DNA of 64,000 nt from Camelus ferus (GCF_009834535.1 NC_045705.1:55242001-55306000); one strand, 5' to 3'; positions 46,321 to 59,459 are shown, counted from the stretch's first letter. Numbers and translations are program-made. Notes: generated by a model not told the origin, from the sequence alone.

Positions 46321-49076
46321 GAAAATTGGGTGGAATGTTGTAATACCACTTGTGGATGGGTGTAGCTCACAACACAAGCAGTGAACAGAGGCAGCTGATA
46401 AATGTTTGCATGTGTGCACATGTGCGTGTTAGGTTTTCCTATGTGGCTTGGTTCAGCTGGGTGCAGTTTTCTGCGTTCACCTAGTTTCTTGCAGATGGAA
46501 TCACACATAAGCAAACAGGAAATTCACATTAGGCTCAGTCACCTAATATATCAACTGGTTGGAACACATTTACATTTCAAACCCAGCTTTATAGCAGAAC
46601 CAGATGACTCATGTGCGTGGCCCTGTGGTGAGGATGCAATGGTGATAACAAGACCTTGCTGCCCTCAGGGAGCTCACAGTCCAGTGGACACAGCGATGCA
46701 AGCAATTGTCGGAGGGCTATTACAGTAACTGCACTAATTTAGGTCAGTACCAGGTATGGTGTGGGCATAGAGAAAGGAGTCTCTCCCTCTTCCTGTGGGA
46801 GTCAGGGAAGTCTCTGAATTATAGTAAATTATAGTAATGGCTGCAGTCCTGTGGAGTTTCCTATGAGCAGGCTCTGCCCTAAGCCCTGTCCTCACAACAT
46901 GCATTTGCAGCAGGTACAAATATTTACCCCATTTTACAGACAAAGAGCTAAGGCATGAAGAAATTAGGTAACTTGCCCATGGTCACACAGCTGGTAGACA
47001 GCAGTTAGGATACTGACCCTGGCATCCTTGCTCTTAGCCACTGCTTCATAGACTTCCAAGATTAGCACATGAGTAGTTTTCTAGGGAGAGCTGGGGCAAA
47101 AGTCATCTGTTCCTGGGAGGAGTTCAGGTGACTTTGGGATTGGCAGGTGGTCCTAGGATTGCTGAATGGGGATATATAGAAAGAGCTGCAATTATTTGGC
47201 AGTGGATGGTGATCCCTCACCCACCAAAGGAGGAGAGGTGCTCTTGGGAGGTGGGAGCAGTGGGCTGAGAGCCATGAAGGAGAGGGTTGGGAAAAAGTAC
47301 CCTTGATGCCACCACATTCAAACGGTCCCAAGAGGACACTAACAGCACTTCTGGCTGACACATGCCTATCCTGGGCACTAACTGTTTGTATAATGATTGT
47401 TCATAAGATAAATCACAGACCCCTTAAGCCCAACAACATTGAAGTTATTAAATTCTTGCAAATCTGCTATATTCTGCATTTCCCACTCTCTAGTAATGCA
47501 GGAAGTATTGGGGGATATCACTGACTTTGTCTCTAGAAATTTTCCTTTGTTGGTCTCCCAGGCTCCAGTCCAACATTATAGGAGCTCTCTGACCGCATAT
47601 TGACGGGTGATCTGGCTGGTCTTTGCCTGTGACACTGGCCATTAGAGGAGGGGTTCTAGCAATACACCTGTGACCTTGTGGGGCTATTACCTCAGAGGTG
47701 GATGCCAGCCCTCTGGAGGTAGTAGAGGTGGAGCGGGAGGAAGAGGGGAGGCTTATTAGATCTCACAGTGGCTTCTGGACTGGCATGAAAATAGGATAGG
47801 AGGGCTCCACTTGGGGACTGACCCCCTGATTTTCTCACTTTGTCTAATGTAGCTGCCACCACACCTGCTGTAGAACAGGTTTCTGAGAGATCAGCTGTGT
47901 CTGTGTGGGCCTGATCTATGGTTTTCTGCTTACAGTGACCAATGAGCAACAAGACATGAGAGTGATGATCTATTTACACAGTAGATTACAGACCAGAAAA
48001 TCTTGGGTCCTAGTGGTGCCACTCAACACTGAATCCTCTTCTAGAAAACTCCTAAGGCAAATTCTCAATTGTCAAGTCTCTATTCCCAAGTCAGTGTGAG
48101 TCCCCTCTGTGACCAGTAACACCACTGTAGCCCAGGCTTCATATTCCCTCGGTTTCTGGAGTGACAGAGGGACTTCATATCTCCATTCTCCTATGGAGAT
48201 GTGGAGGAAGTCATGGAACCACCGCACCATTCTGTCTTCCGGCTTCACCTCCCCCTTCCATCTGGACTTCCCAGTCCTTCCATGAGAAGGTCCTTAATGG
48301 GGCACTGGGAGTCCCCAAGCCCTAGGACAGTGGATGTTCTGACACTTAGGCTGTAGATTTGGGAGAGGAGCGATTCTCCTTCTGTTATAATAGGATCCTA
48401 TAGAAGTCAGGTTCTAATAGGGGTATGAAATAGGTCAGATCTAGTTTTTAACAATTTTCCTGTAATATTGTCTGCTCTCCTTATTCATTAACCCTTCCTC
48501 TGAAGCTGGGTCAGCCCTTTGACCATATTTAGCAGTGATGCTATTGCTCTCCTCTGTGCCGAGGACACAGTTCTCATCCTTGTCTCCCAGGCAACACTGT
48601 AAGACAGAAAGATTAGGTTGGGACCCTGAAACTCCCCTTAACTTATCCAATCATTCTTTCCTTCAATGTGAGGCATGGAAGAGGCATTTTTTTTTGACTA
48701 AGCCTCTCTGAACACTGTTGGCTAGTGAGAGCCATGCTGAGATGGTCTCCTAAAGACCTAGCACGGGATGAGGGGTTTCCTCTGAAGGCTCTCTTGCACT
48801 TAGAGGGGGACTTCTGAATTGACTAACTTTGTTGGGGCCACTTTTCAAGAAGTTAATTCTCTGAAGTTCTTTTTTGAGGTAATAGGTAGCACCTTTATCT
48901 TTTCCCATCATTGCCTCCCTTCCTCTAGGCTCACGTTGCATGGCTGACTCTTACAACCAGGAAAAGTGCTGTATCATCCATAGCAAACATTATTAAAGAG
49001 TATATGCAAGCACAGTAATATGAATGGGGAAACAGCCTCTCTTATTACATCCAAACAGCCACTGAAGCCCATGTCC

Positions 49077-49077
<1 letters not shown>

Positions 49078-49110
<33 letters not shown>
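49078..49110. repeat. (GT)n microsatellite, about 16 units; a shorter one at about 49261-49290
   Basis: Direct reading. Confidence 0.95.
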
Positions 49111-49114
<4 letters not shown>

Positions 49115-49299
49115 CTCCTCTCTGTCCCCACTGCAGTATGTCCTTTTTTATACCCCACAAATTTATCTCAGAATATTGCAGCAGCTTCATAGCTGATACT
49201 TGTGTCTCTAATATGCTTCTTTGTATTTTCTTGGTCATATTTTATTTGAGAAGTGGCTTTTGTGTGTGTGTGTGTGTGTACATGTGTGTATAAAGAATA

Positions 49300-50320
49300 A
49301 GAACAAATGCACATGTGTCAGCACATCCAGAACTGACAATTACTAACATTTCGTCCAACTTGCTTTTAGCTCCTTTTTAATAAAGGCAATAAAAATTACA
49401 GATAAAATTGAAGTCTCTTTTATCTCCCATAGTGTTTGATTCTCCCCTTAGAGATAGTAATTATCCTGAATTTAGTGTATCTTTCTAATTCAGTTTTTAA
49501 TGCTTTTGCTAGTTGGTACTTTTAAATATTTACATAGATTATTGCCTACTGTATACAGAAAGTTATGTGTTGAACTCTATTTATTCAGAGATACAGATCT
49601 TTGTCATCCCTTTAAATTGCTATATAGTTTTACAGCATATGATTAGGCCAAATATAATTCATTTATTGATGTACTTAAAACTGTTTCTGATTATTTTGCT
49701 CTGCATACTGCTATTAACATCTTTACACATGTGTCCATTTTCAAATGTATGAAAGATTCTCTATAGTGTACCTCTAGAAGTGGAATTGCTGGATCATAAG
49801 ATACGCACATTTTCACCTTTAGTTGATAATTGTTAAATTGCTCTTCAAAATAGTTCGTTTGTGTATTCCCCCCAGCAGTTTGAGAGATACTTTTTTTGAC
49901 ATCCTTGACGCATCATATGATCATACATACATTTTAATGCATCTGATTTATAAGAAATATTAGCTCACTATTTTAATGTCATTTTTCATACATTTTCATG
50001 TATTGGTCATTTAAATTTCCTCTTCTGTAAATTGCCTGATCATTTTCTTCGTCTATTTTTCTATTCAGTTGTCTTTTAAATCCCTGTATTTTTTCTAGAC
50101 ATCTCTATATATTCAAGATACTAAACTTTCGTTTTATATTGAAAATATAACCTTCCATTCTGTTAATTATCTTTTAATTTTATTTATGGTGTCATTTGTC
50201 TTACAATAAACTTGAATTTTAATAAAAAATCTCATCAAGGCCATATGCTTTTGTTTATTATTTAATAAGTTCTTTTCTACCCTGAGATTGTAAAGATACT
50301 ATTTTTATAGTGTATACACA
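49300..50320 (-). mobile_element. Old L1M 3' region fragments
   Basis: AT-rich; gaagtggaattgctggatcataag...aaattgctcttcaaaa, gtaaattgcctgatcatttt; boundaries approximate. Confidence 0.65.
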
Positions 50321-50334
50321 TTTATATGTTTAAT

Positions 50335-51165
50335 TCATTTTTATTGAAGTATAGTTGATTTACAATGTTGTGTTAGTTTCTGGTGTACAGCATAGTGATT
50401 CAGTTAAACAAATAATATGTATATATTCTTTTCCATCATAGGTTATTATAAGATATTGAATGTAGTTCCCTGTGCTATACAGTAGGACCTTGTTGTTTAT
50501 CTATTTTATATATAGTAGTTTATATCTGATGATCCCCAACTCATAATTTATCCCTCCCTTTTGGTAATCATAAGTTTGTTTTCTATATTGGTGAGTCTGT
50601 TCCTGTTTTGTAAATAAGTTCATTTGTATCACTTTTTAAGATTGCATATATAAATGATGCCATATGATATTTATCTTTGTCTGACTTACTTCACTTAGTA
50701 TGATAATCTTTAGGTCCATCCATTTGCTGCAAAAGGCATTATTTCATTCTTTTCTGTGGTTATCTTTTTTATCCAGTCATCTGTCAATGGGCATTTAGGT
50801 TGCTTCCATGTCTTGGCTATTGTAAATAGTGCTGCTATGAACATTGAGGTGCATGTATTTTTTTGAATTAAGTTTCCNNNNNNNNNNNNNNNNNNNNNNN
50901 NNNNNNNNNNNNNNNNNNNNNNNNNNNNNNNNNNNNNNNNNNNNNNNNNNNNNNNNNNNNNNNNNNNNNNNNNNNNNNNNNNNNNNNNNNNNNNNNNNNN
51001 NNNNNNNNNNNNNNNNNNNNNNNNNNNNNNNNNNNNNNNNNNNNNNNNNNACTTCTGAATGACGGCCATTCTGACTGGTGTGAGGTGATACCTTATTGTA
51101 GTTTGGATTTGCATTTTTCTGATAATTAGTGATATTGAGCATTTTTTCATGTGCCTATTGGCCAT
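50335..51165 (-). mobile_element. Younger L1 3' part (ORF2 C-terminus and 3' UTR), containing N gap 50878..51050
   Basis: ORF 50710..51165 [34 protein letters not shown]...CTSMFIAALFTIAKTWKQPKCP is the L1 ORF2 C-terminal region. Confidence 0.93.
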
Positions 51166-53345
51166 AATTGTGTAAAAATTTTAATCAACTTTTCATTTAT
51201 TGTCTCATTTTTTCTTGAGTGACTGACCCTAGTGGCTGACTAAGATTCTCCCTCTCAGCTCCCTTAATCTATGTTTCTGGACTGAGTCTGAACACTTTGA
51301 CATGTTCATCCGAGGGGGCTTTTGTCTTCCCTCCTTATCAGCTATTTCATCTCTCCAAATCTCTATTTTCTCATCTGCCAAATGGATACAATAATCATGC
51401 CTTATCTCACTGGATTGTTCTGAGAATTAAATGCAATAATTTATACTAAACCCTAACACCACGACAAGGATTTAGTAGGGCTCAACATTAGCTGTTATTA
51501 TGTTATTATTTTATTGCTGGGATTTCTGTCACTGCTCTTATGCTGTGTCTTCCAATACTTTATGTGCATTTTGTCTGGAGCATTTTATCCCTAGAATTAG
51601 TGCTCCCTCTTGGCTCCCTTGACTCCCTTCTTGGAGAAGGGTTTTCATTTCTCCTTTGGTTCATGGACCAAAGGGGAACTGATCCCAGGGGTGACTCTAA
51701 CACCTGACTCCAGAAGAAGGAAGCAGATGGCTTCTCAGTTTCTAAATATAAGCACCCTGTACAGAGCAGGAGTAGTGACAACCCTCATGCCAACATGGTC
51801 AGTCTCCAGCTTTCTCTTTCCTTCTCATTCCTCTTCCCTCAGAACAAGCAAAGTTTCTAGCTGTTTTCTGACACTTTCTCAACCCCTCATCTGATACTGT
51901 AATGTTATAGGTGAATTTAAGGGCGTTGACGGTGGTAGAGGGAGGGATTGGCAAGAGTGCATGTATGCGTGTGTGTATGTGTGTTTGTGTGTATTTAAGA
52001 GTATCAGTAAAGGACAAAGATGAGCTGGGACGGAGGAAATGTGGGATAAGGACAAGTGGTCAGCGAGACAAAGGATGAGAGAGGGATTGCAGCATGACAG
52101 AGCTCAGGGTGGCAAGGGGTGTAGGCACTGAGGGAGATGTCAGTGGGACTAGGAGGTGGAAGTGGTTAGGAACGAGAATGCGGAAAGCGGCCAGGAAAAG
52201 TACCAGGAGAACACGGGGAAGAGAGACCTCTTGATAAAAGGTTTGAGGGCAGTTCATAAAGTAGTCAGAATTAGACTGTACCAGGACAAGGGATATCAGT
52301 GGGGGCTTTTCAGGAAAATGGCTCAGATTTTGATCATCATTTTGGAGAAACAAGCAAAGCTACTGGTGAAGGATTAATTGACTATTTCCATGATTCATTT
52401 GTTTAAACATTTCCTAAGTAATCTATGATGTGTGAGACACTGTGCTGAGTGCTGTGAACTCCCCAATCCCAAAGTGAGGAAAGCTCTTAAGGAAACTTCC
52501 TCCTGGTAATCTGGGTGTCAGTCTGGGTGTTTAAACTGGAAAAATCCTCCTCACTCAGTCTCCTATCCTGCATTTTACAGAACAGATTCAGAGGCTGGGA
52601 GAAGAGGTTGTGTCTTGGAGCTGGGGTCCTCCGTGTTTTTGCTGTCACATCATAAGAATATTATGATGATATTTACACATGATACACCACCATATGCTTA
52701 CCCAAATGTTGACAGAATCCACAAAGTGTTTATAGGGAGTGAAACAAATGGGTTGATGGACATTTTTCTTGAGATGTTTAGATTTATTAAAAAAATATGA
52801 GTTGCTATTAAGGGTATGCCAGTGAATTAAGACTATCTCAGTGCCTCTGCAGCATAAATAATACTGGCTTTAGATTATGAAAGCATTTTACATGCTGGCT
52901 TTAAGTGCACATGAACAGGAGTGAGGCTATTAGAGGGATAAATCTGAATTTGTTCCAATTTATTAAAAGGATAAGCCATTTACAAATTTTGGTACTTTAT
53001 ATACTGTTAGAAACAAACTTCTCATGACACATCTCACAACTAATGCTTCCATATATTGTACTGCTAACATAGGTCCACTTTTATAATCTGGGGTTGGGGT
53101 GGGGAGCAGGCTGTTTCATCTATTAGGGACATAGCTTCAGTGTGTAGAGTCTGTGCATTTAAAAGAACCTAAGAGTGGTGAAAAACACTTGAGATGTGAA
53201 ACACAAGTACAAGAAAAATGGCAAAATGAAATTAATACTTGTTTAAATAAGTTGCTAGATAATACAACTAGGCAAAAAGTAACTGACTCAACTCCTATAT
53301 ATTTAACTAGCAATTCTATCTAATGTGGCTTGTGTGTGCATTTAA

Positions 53346-53486
53346 AAAATATTTTTATTTATTATCATATTGTTTAATTATTTTATTTGGTGGTGGTGGG
53401 GAGGTAATTAGGTTTATTTTTGGAGGAGGTATGGGGGATTGAACCCAGAGCCTCGAACATCTACCACTTGAGCTATACCCTCCCCC
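53346..53486 (-). mobile_element. tRNA-Ala-derived SINE (camelid vic-1 type) with an internal deletion of about 20 nt
   Basis: Reverse strand ggggagggtatagctcaagtggtagatgttcgaggctctgggttcaatcccccatacctcc...aaacctaattacctcccc plus A-rich tail; flanked by near-identical tgtg(t/g)gtgcattt. Confidence 0.88.
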
Positions 53487-53938
53487 TGTGGGTGCATTTT
53501 ACTATGTCGTTATGATGTTGAGAGAGTCTTCCAAAATTAAGATGCATAAAGATGTAAAAGGATTTTACATAACTCTCTAGAGAGGGAATGGGCATAAACA
53601 AAAAAGAGTTGGGTGGGACTCACTGGGAGAAAAGAAGACACTAGAGAATAAAAGAGTCTGGTCAGGGGCTGCAAGGGAGAAATGACTTCCCTTGTCCTTA
53701 GCCTGGACTGAATCTTCCCCATGATTCCCTCTCCTAGTTCTCCTTGGTTCTAGAGCTGAAGCTATGACTCCCATCACACTGCCATGTCCCCGGGAATTCT
53801 GTAAATGAGTCCCACAGTTTAGAGACCCACGCTGTCTTTTGTGATCTCTGCACATACTCACAGGTGCTTTCTTTTTCTCTCCCTTTCAGCAGATTCATCA
53901 GCTTCTAAGTCATCACAGAGAGGACCCTAAAGTGCATC

Positions 53939-54907
53939 ATGACTCACACCAACTTTACCATCTTCCACCCTGCAGTTTTTGTCTTACTGGGCATCCCTGG
54001 GTTGGAGGCTTATCACATTTGGCTGTCAGTACCCCTCTGCCTCATGTATATCACTGCAGTCCTGGGGAACAGCATCCTGATCGTGGTCATCATCATGGAA
54101 CGTAACCTTCATGAGCCCATGTACGTCTTCCTCTCCATGCTGGCCATCACCGACATCCTGCTGTCCACCACTACTGTCCCCAAGGCCCTAGCCATCTTTT
54201 GGCTCCATGCTCATGACATTGCCTTTGATACCTGCGTCACCCAAGTTTTCTTTGTTCACATGATGTTTGTGGGGGAGTCAGCCATCCTGTTAGCCATGGC
54301 CTTTGACCGCTTTGTGGCCATTTGTACCCCCCTGCATTATGCAACAATGCTAACGTGGCCTGTTGTGGGAAGGATTGCTCTGGCCATTGTCACCCGAAGT
54401 TTCTGCATCATCTTCCCAGTGATCTTCTTGCTAACGCGGTTGCCTTTCTGCCGGACCAACATCATCCCCCATTCTTACTGCGAGCATATTGGAGTGGCCC
54501 GCTTGGCCTGTGCTGACATTACCATTAACATCTGGTATGGCTTCTCAGTGCCCATCGTCATGGTCATCTTGGATGTGATCCTCATCGCTGTGTCTTACTC
54601 ACTGATCCTCCGAGCAGTGTTCCATTTGCCCTCCCAGGATGCCCGGCACAAGGCCCTCAGCACTTGTGGTTCTCACCTTTGTGTCATCCTCATGTTTTAT
54701 GTTCCATCCTTCTTTACATTATTGACCCATCGCTTTGGACGGAACATACCTCAGCATGTCCATATTGTGCTGGCCAATCTTTATGTGGTGGTGCCGCCAA
54801 TGCTCAACCCCATTGTCTATGGTGTGAAGACTAAGCAGATCCGGGAGGGGGTCGCCCACCGGTTCTTTAACATCAAGGCTTGGTGTTGTGCTCCTGCTCT
54901 GGGCTAA
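53939..54907 (+). CDS. OR52B2: Class I olfactory receptor, family 52 subfamily B member 2; intact, 322 aa
   Basis: LHEPMYVFLSML, MAFDRFVAICTPLHY, SYCEHIGVARLAC, KALSTCGSH, PPMLNPIVYGVKTKQIR; tandem NAGNAG acceptor at 53889/53892; synteny. Confidence 0.92.
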   Translation: MTHTNFTIFHPAVFVLLGIPGLEAYHIWLSVPLCLMYITAVLGNSILIVVIIMERNLHEPMYVFLSMLAITDILLSTTTVPKALAIFWLHAHDIAFDTCVTQVFFVHMMFVGESAILLAMAFDRFVAICTPLHYATMLTWPVVGRIALAIVTRSFCIIFPVIFLLTRLPFCRTNIIPHSYCEHIGVARLACADITINIWYGFSVPIVMVILDVILIAVSYSLILRAVFHLPSQDARHKALSTCGSHLCVILMFYVPSFFTLLTHRFGRNIPQHVHIVLANLYVVVPPMLNPIVYGVKTKQIREGVAHRFFNIKAWCCAPALG

Positions 54908-55594
54908 TGGCTCCCCTTGAATCCCAACTCCCAGCTTTATCAAGGAAACTACGTGAATCACAGAGATTTTCTGGACTGAGAGCTTTTCCTTCTCTTCCTC
55001 TCTCTCTTCCTTCTTCCTCTTCCTGCAACTTTTCTTTTTCTCTCTTCTGGATCATCTTCTTTGCCTCTCATGTTTCTCTACTTTTTGTCTTCTCTTCTTA
55101 AATCCCTCCCCCACAACCCAGAAATAATAACTAGGTGTGTATGGCTTTGACATGAGCATTTAGTATCCTCTGTACTCCAGAAATACAGGGAGCTGAACAC
55201 CACATGAAGTGAGTTATGCACAAATAGGTAAAAAAATTTTACATTTAAGAACAAAAGGGATTCCCATTTTTTAATCCCAAAATGTGCATTGATTCTTTGT
55301 ACAGACTCCAGTAGCTCTCCATTCACTTCTATGATGGCAGGTGTTTTTGAAAAACAGCCACTCATGCCCTGTAGCCATCTGGAAAATTCCTGTTTATTCT
55401 ACAAATTTCAGTTCAAGAACTGTCTTTCCTGAGAAGTCTTTCCTGGTTTTTCCAGACATTCCTAGGTTCCTACCTTTGTATGTCTGTTGTGTCTTTTACA
55501 GATCTCAAAAAATATGTAATGAGTTATGACAGGCTGTTTATTTGTGCCCCTAATTGACTATAAGCTCCTTGGAATCAGAAGAGTGTATGTCATA

Positions 55595-55747
55595 TTTGAG
55601 AAGAAGGGATATTAGCTGAACCTATTGTGGTAATCATTTCACAGTGTATGCAGATCAAACCATGACGCTATATGCCTTAAACTTATACAGTAATGTATGT
55701 CAATTATTTCTCAATAAAACTGGCAAATAAATAAATAGAAAAAAAGA
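55595..55747 (+). mobile_element. 5'-truncated L1 3' end in sense orientation with A-rich tail
   Basis: attgtggtaatcatttcacagtgtatg...ttaaacttatacagtaatgtatgtcaattatttctcaataaaactgg-aaataaataaatagaaaaaaa. Confidence 0.85.
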
Positions 55748-57450
55748 AGCATGTGTGTCATTCACATTTGGACTCTCAGTACATCACAAAATGCATGGAA
55801 CGTACTCAATGTTTGAAAAATAAATGAAAGCACAATTACCTCCCTCAAGATAGAACAGGCATCGCTATCAAGCACTTAAATGATCAGCTAAATTAGTCCA
55901 CAAACCCAGTGATTAGTAAACCAATTTCTCACAAAGCTAGCTTGGCGTCATGGTGGCAAATAAGCTGCTGATTGCAGGACTTCTTACTTTGTACGTCTTT
56001 GCTGTATCTCAGAGACTGGGGAAAGACAAGAGTAGGAGGAAACAGGGTACTCTTGGTTTTCTGTTCTATCAGGCTTCTGACTATCCTCAACATTAGGAAT
56101 TATAGCACACTGTTTCTGACCAGGTAAGCAAAATTGGAGTAGTTTCTTGGAGTTCACATTTTGACCCTTACTCTTACATGCTTTTTCAGCACAAAAAAGC
56201 TCATTTCCTTAGCCACTGCCTACATTAAATGAGTCCCCCATCTCTCTGTCCTAGAGTTCTTTTGAGTTTTAGATATGCAAATCCAGATATCAATTGGTTA
56301 TCTCCTCCAGGATATAGAACTCCCACTCATGGGAGCTTTTCTTCCTGTTCCTGTTCCTTTTCTTGGGAACTTGAGTTCTGTGAGGGCAAAGATTATGTCT
56401 CATTCATAATTACAATTCCAGCAAATAACATAGGGTTCAATATGTATATTTATGGATGGACTAATTTAAAATGCTGGTGATGTGGTTGACCTCTGTACTC
56501 TTTGCTGGTAAATATTACCTAATTTTATGACTGAAAATCACCTGGACACCCCCCCACACCCCCACCCCCACACACCACTTAGCTCCTTCAGAGCTACTAT
56601 CTCGTCTATATTTCTGCAGGTTTCTATGTACATTGAGGTCTAGCAAGTATAGGAGGGGCTTTAATATTCTATGTACTGATTAGCAGCAACTAGTTGCATT
56701 AACCCACTCTGTGTCCACAGGTTAGACAGAGATATGGAGTCCTTAGCAGGTGCAACTTGTACAGGCTGCTTCAGGCAGGACATAGATTACCCACCCTCTC
56801 TGGTTCCTGAGTCAGTGATCTCTGGAGACTGGTCCTTCGGGGGTCTGATTCTGTTCAATTAAGTGGGATGGTCCCTAAAGACTAAGTAAGGTAGAAGCGC
56901 TCTCCTTACCCAAGGGATTCCTGATGAGGTATAAACACTATCCTGTTTTGCTCCAGAGTTCTGCAACTGGCAGCTTCTTTCACATGTTAGGGAAGAAATT
57001 TCTCTTGAACTGAGGTAAGGGAATAAATGGGAAGGGAAATCTAGGAAGGGAATAAAAGTTTGGTTCCTGGGAATTTTAGATTTTCCTGGAATAAACTCAA
57101 TAAACTGTTGATTCAGACACGATCTTCTTGAGTCCTCTGTATAATGTAGTATAAGTATACACTGTCCAGTGTGTACGGCTTGACATCTTGAACTGTTGCA
57201 GACATTTCTGCTATGCAGAGCTGGGACAATGGCTAATTTCTCCCCTTAGAATATTAAAGTGGGTTAAAAATATTGTAACAATTGAAAAGTAGGTAGAGTA
57301 AAACTCACAGCTTAAAGTTGAAATGTATTATTTATATGAAAATTAGAATGTATTATAATTTTACTGATTTTAATGGAAGAAACCCATAAATAATATTTTC
57401 AAAATAAAATTTTGGGCAAATCTAACCATTAAAACCACATAAAACTTGTA

Positions 57451-57695
57451 CAAGTGGTCCTTGAACAACACAGGTTTGAACTGAGTGGGTCCACTTATAC
57501 ACAGATTTTGTTTTTCAATAGTAAATACTATAGTACTACACCATCTGTGGTTAGCTGAATGTATCTCATTCATCATTATAGTTCTAGCAGATACAGAACC
57601 ACCAATACGGAGGGTCCACTATAAAGTTATACACAGATTTTCTACTATCTGGAGGGTTGGTGCCCTTAACACCCTGCATTGTTCAAGGGTCAATG
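57451..57695. mobile_element. MER8/Tigger2-type mariner MITE (about 245 bp)
   Basis: TIRs caagtggtccttgaacaacacagg / cctgcattgttcaagggtcaatg; TA on the left flank. Confidence 0.85.
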
Positions 57696-58189
57696 ATATA
57701 TAAAGGGCTCTCGTTTTTCCTTTTGCCTTGGGTTGCAATATGGTCCAGTATAGCCCTATCAACCCTATCTTTGTTTAAAATTTTGATATTTTGTTCATTG
57801 TGACAGTTTGTGGCAATTTGCTTAATCTTTATTTAAAGACAGATTATATTAAAATATTATTTATCTTGCTTACGGAGGTTTTTGGTACCTTCTTAAATTT
57901 TGTACCCACTCATCTCACCTTAACCCTGACTCTGGGAGAGTCAACACCTGGAAGGCAGACCTGAGAGTCATAAAGAAATGGAAATCTGGATGATGTCTTG
58001 AATCTTTAGATAAATCTGATACTAGAAACATAATTTTCAATTTCAGGAACAAAGACATTCTTTTTTCTCAAGCCAAACTAAGGTTGGATGTTCTGCTACT
58101 TATAATGTAAAATGTCCTAACTGATACACACAGAGAAAAAAATTATTTTAAGCATTGAAATCTTCAATTTGCTTTTTTACTTAACTGTA

Positions 58190-59050
58190 TGCTATGGCTA
58201 TTACTCCTTTTCTAAAAAACGGAAGCAAAACATTCCATTGTAATATATGTACCATAATTTATTTATTATCCTATTAATGGATATGGAAATTGTAATAATT
58301 TCTTTTACTATTGCAACAGTGTAGCAATGAATACCCTTAAAGATATATTTGTTTTCATGCAATGCCACCAGCGCTAGGGGCTAAATTTTAAAAAATGTTT
58401 TCCAATATGATAGGAAAACTATGATATTTTAATATGACACTGATTTTCATTTCTTTACATTTTGAACATCTGTTCAAACATCTGTATATGAATGAATATT
58501 GGCCATTTATTTTTCTTGTAGTGTGAATTTCCTATTTTGATTCTTTGCACATTTTCTAATTTTTCCATGTTCATTTATAGAAACTTAGTATTTAAGGATA
58601 TTACCCTTTAGTCTGTTATATGCTTTGTAATTTTTTTCTGCCTAGGATTTTTATTTATCCTTGACTACATTTTTGCATAATAATATCATTCAATTGTTAC
58701 TGTTCATGAAATATGGTTTTCTTATCTCAGGAAGAGCTTTCCAACCCCAACATACTTTTCTATATTTCTAAGGACTTCATTTTAATTTTTAATATTTAAT
58801 ATTGTGGTTAAAAAATAATGTGCATCTTTAATTTATTTGGAATTTTATTTTTTTACTGAGTAAGGTGGAAACTAATTTTATTCTCTTAAAAATAATGTAA
58901 TAACGTAGTCCAACATCCAAATGCCATTAATTGAGTTGGTCTTCCTTTCCTCACTAAATTAAAATGCTACTTTATTACATTTTAAATTCCAAGTATAGTA
59001 GTTTCTGGGCTCTTTATTAAGTTTACTTTATTAAGTTTAATCAGTGTACT
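58190..59050 (-). mobile_element. Old degenerate L1M fragment
   Basis: cattccattgtaatatatgtaccataatttattta..., tattggccatttatttttcttgtagtgtgaatttcct..., cactaaattaaaatgctactttattacat. Confidence 0.65.
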
Positions 59051-59459
59051 GTTTCACTGAATAACAATAACTAGTGTTTATTTAGTCTTTCTATGCCAGG
59101 CACTATATTAGGCTGTTTATATAACATTTAATTTAATCCTTGCAAAATAAGAATGAATAGTTCATCTCCTCAGAAAAGGCTACATTTTTTGAGAAGTGAA
59201 AAACTTGCTTTTTGTCAATAATCAGAAAGTTGGAAAACCAGAATTTGAACCTTGGGAAGGCTTCCCATATGAGAAATATTTAGTTTGTGACTTAAGATCA
59301 ATAGGATTTTTAATATTGAAGGTAGAAAAGTACGTTCCAGATTAAGAGAAACGCTTGAGCAAAGGTCATGAAGGTTGGAAAACTCAGATTTTGTGTGGAG
59401 AATGGATGGCGGTGTAATTCAGCTTTGCGAGAGTGTCTAAAGGGGATGAAAGATGGAGA

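Noticed and set aside
47580-47660. Possible OR pseudogene remnant (gcctgtgac...tggccatt resembling MACDR..AI)
   Set aside because: Similarity does not extend to flanking TM segments; consistent with chance.
47936-48095. Apparent 160-nt exon with AG/GT ends and an open frame
   Set aside because: No host gene on that strand here and no recognisable peptide; may be retroelement-derived.
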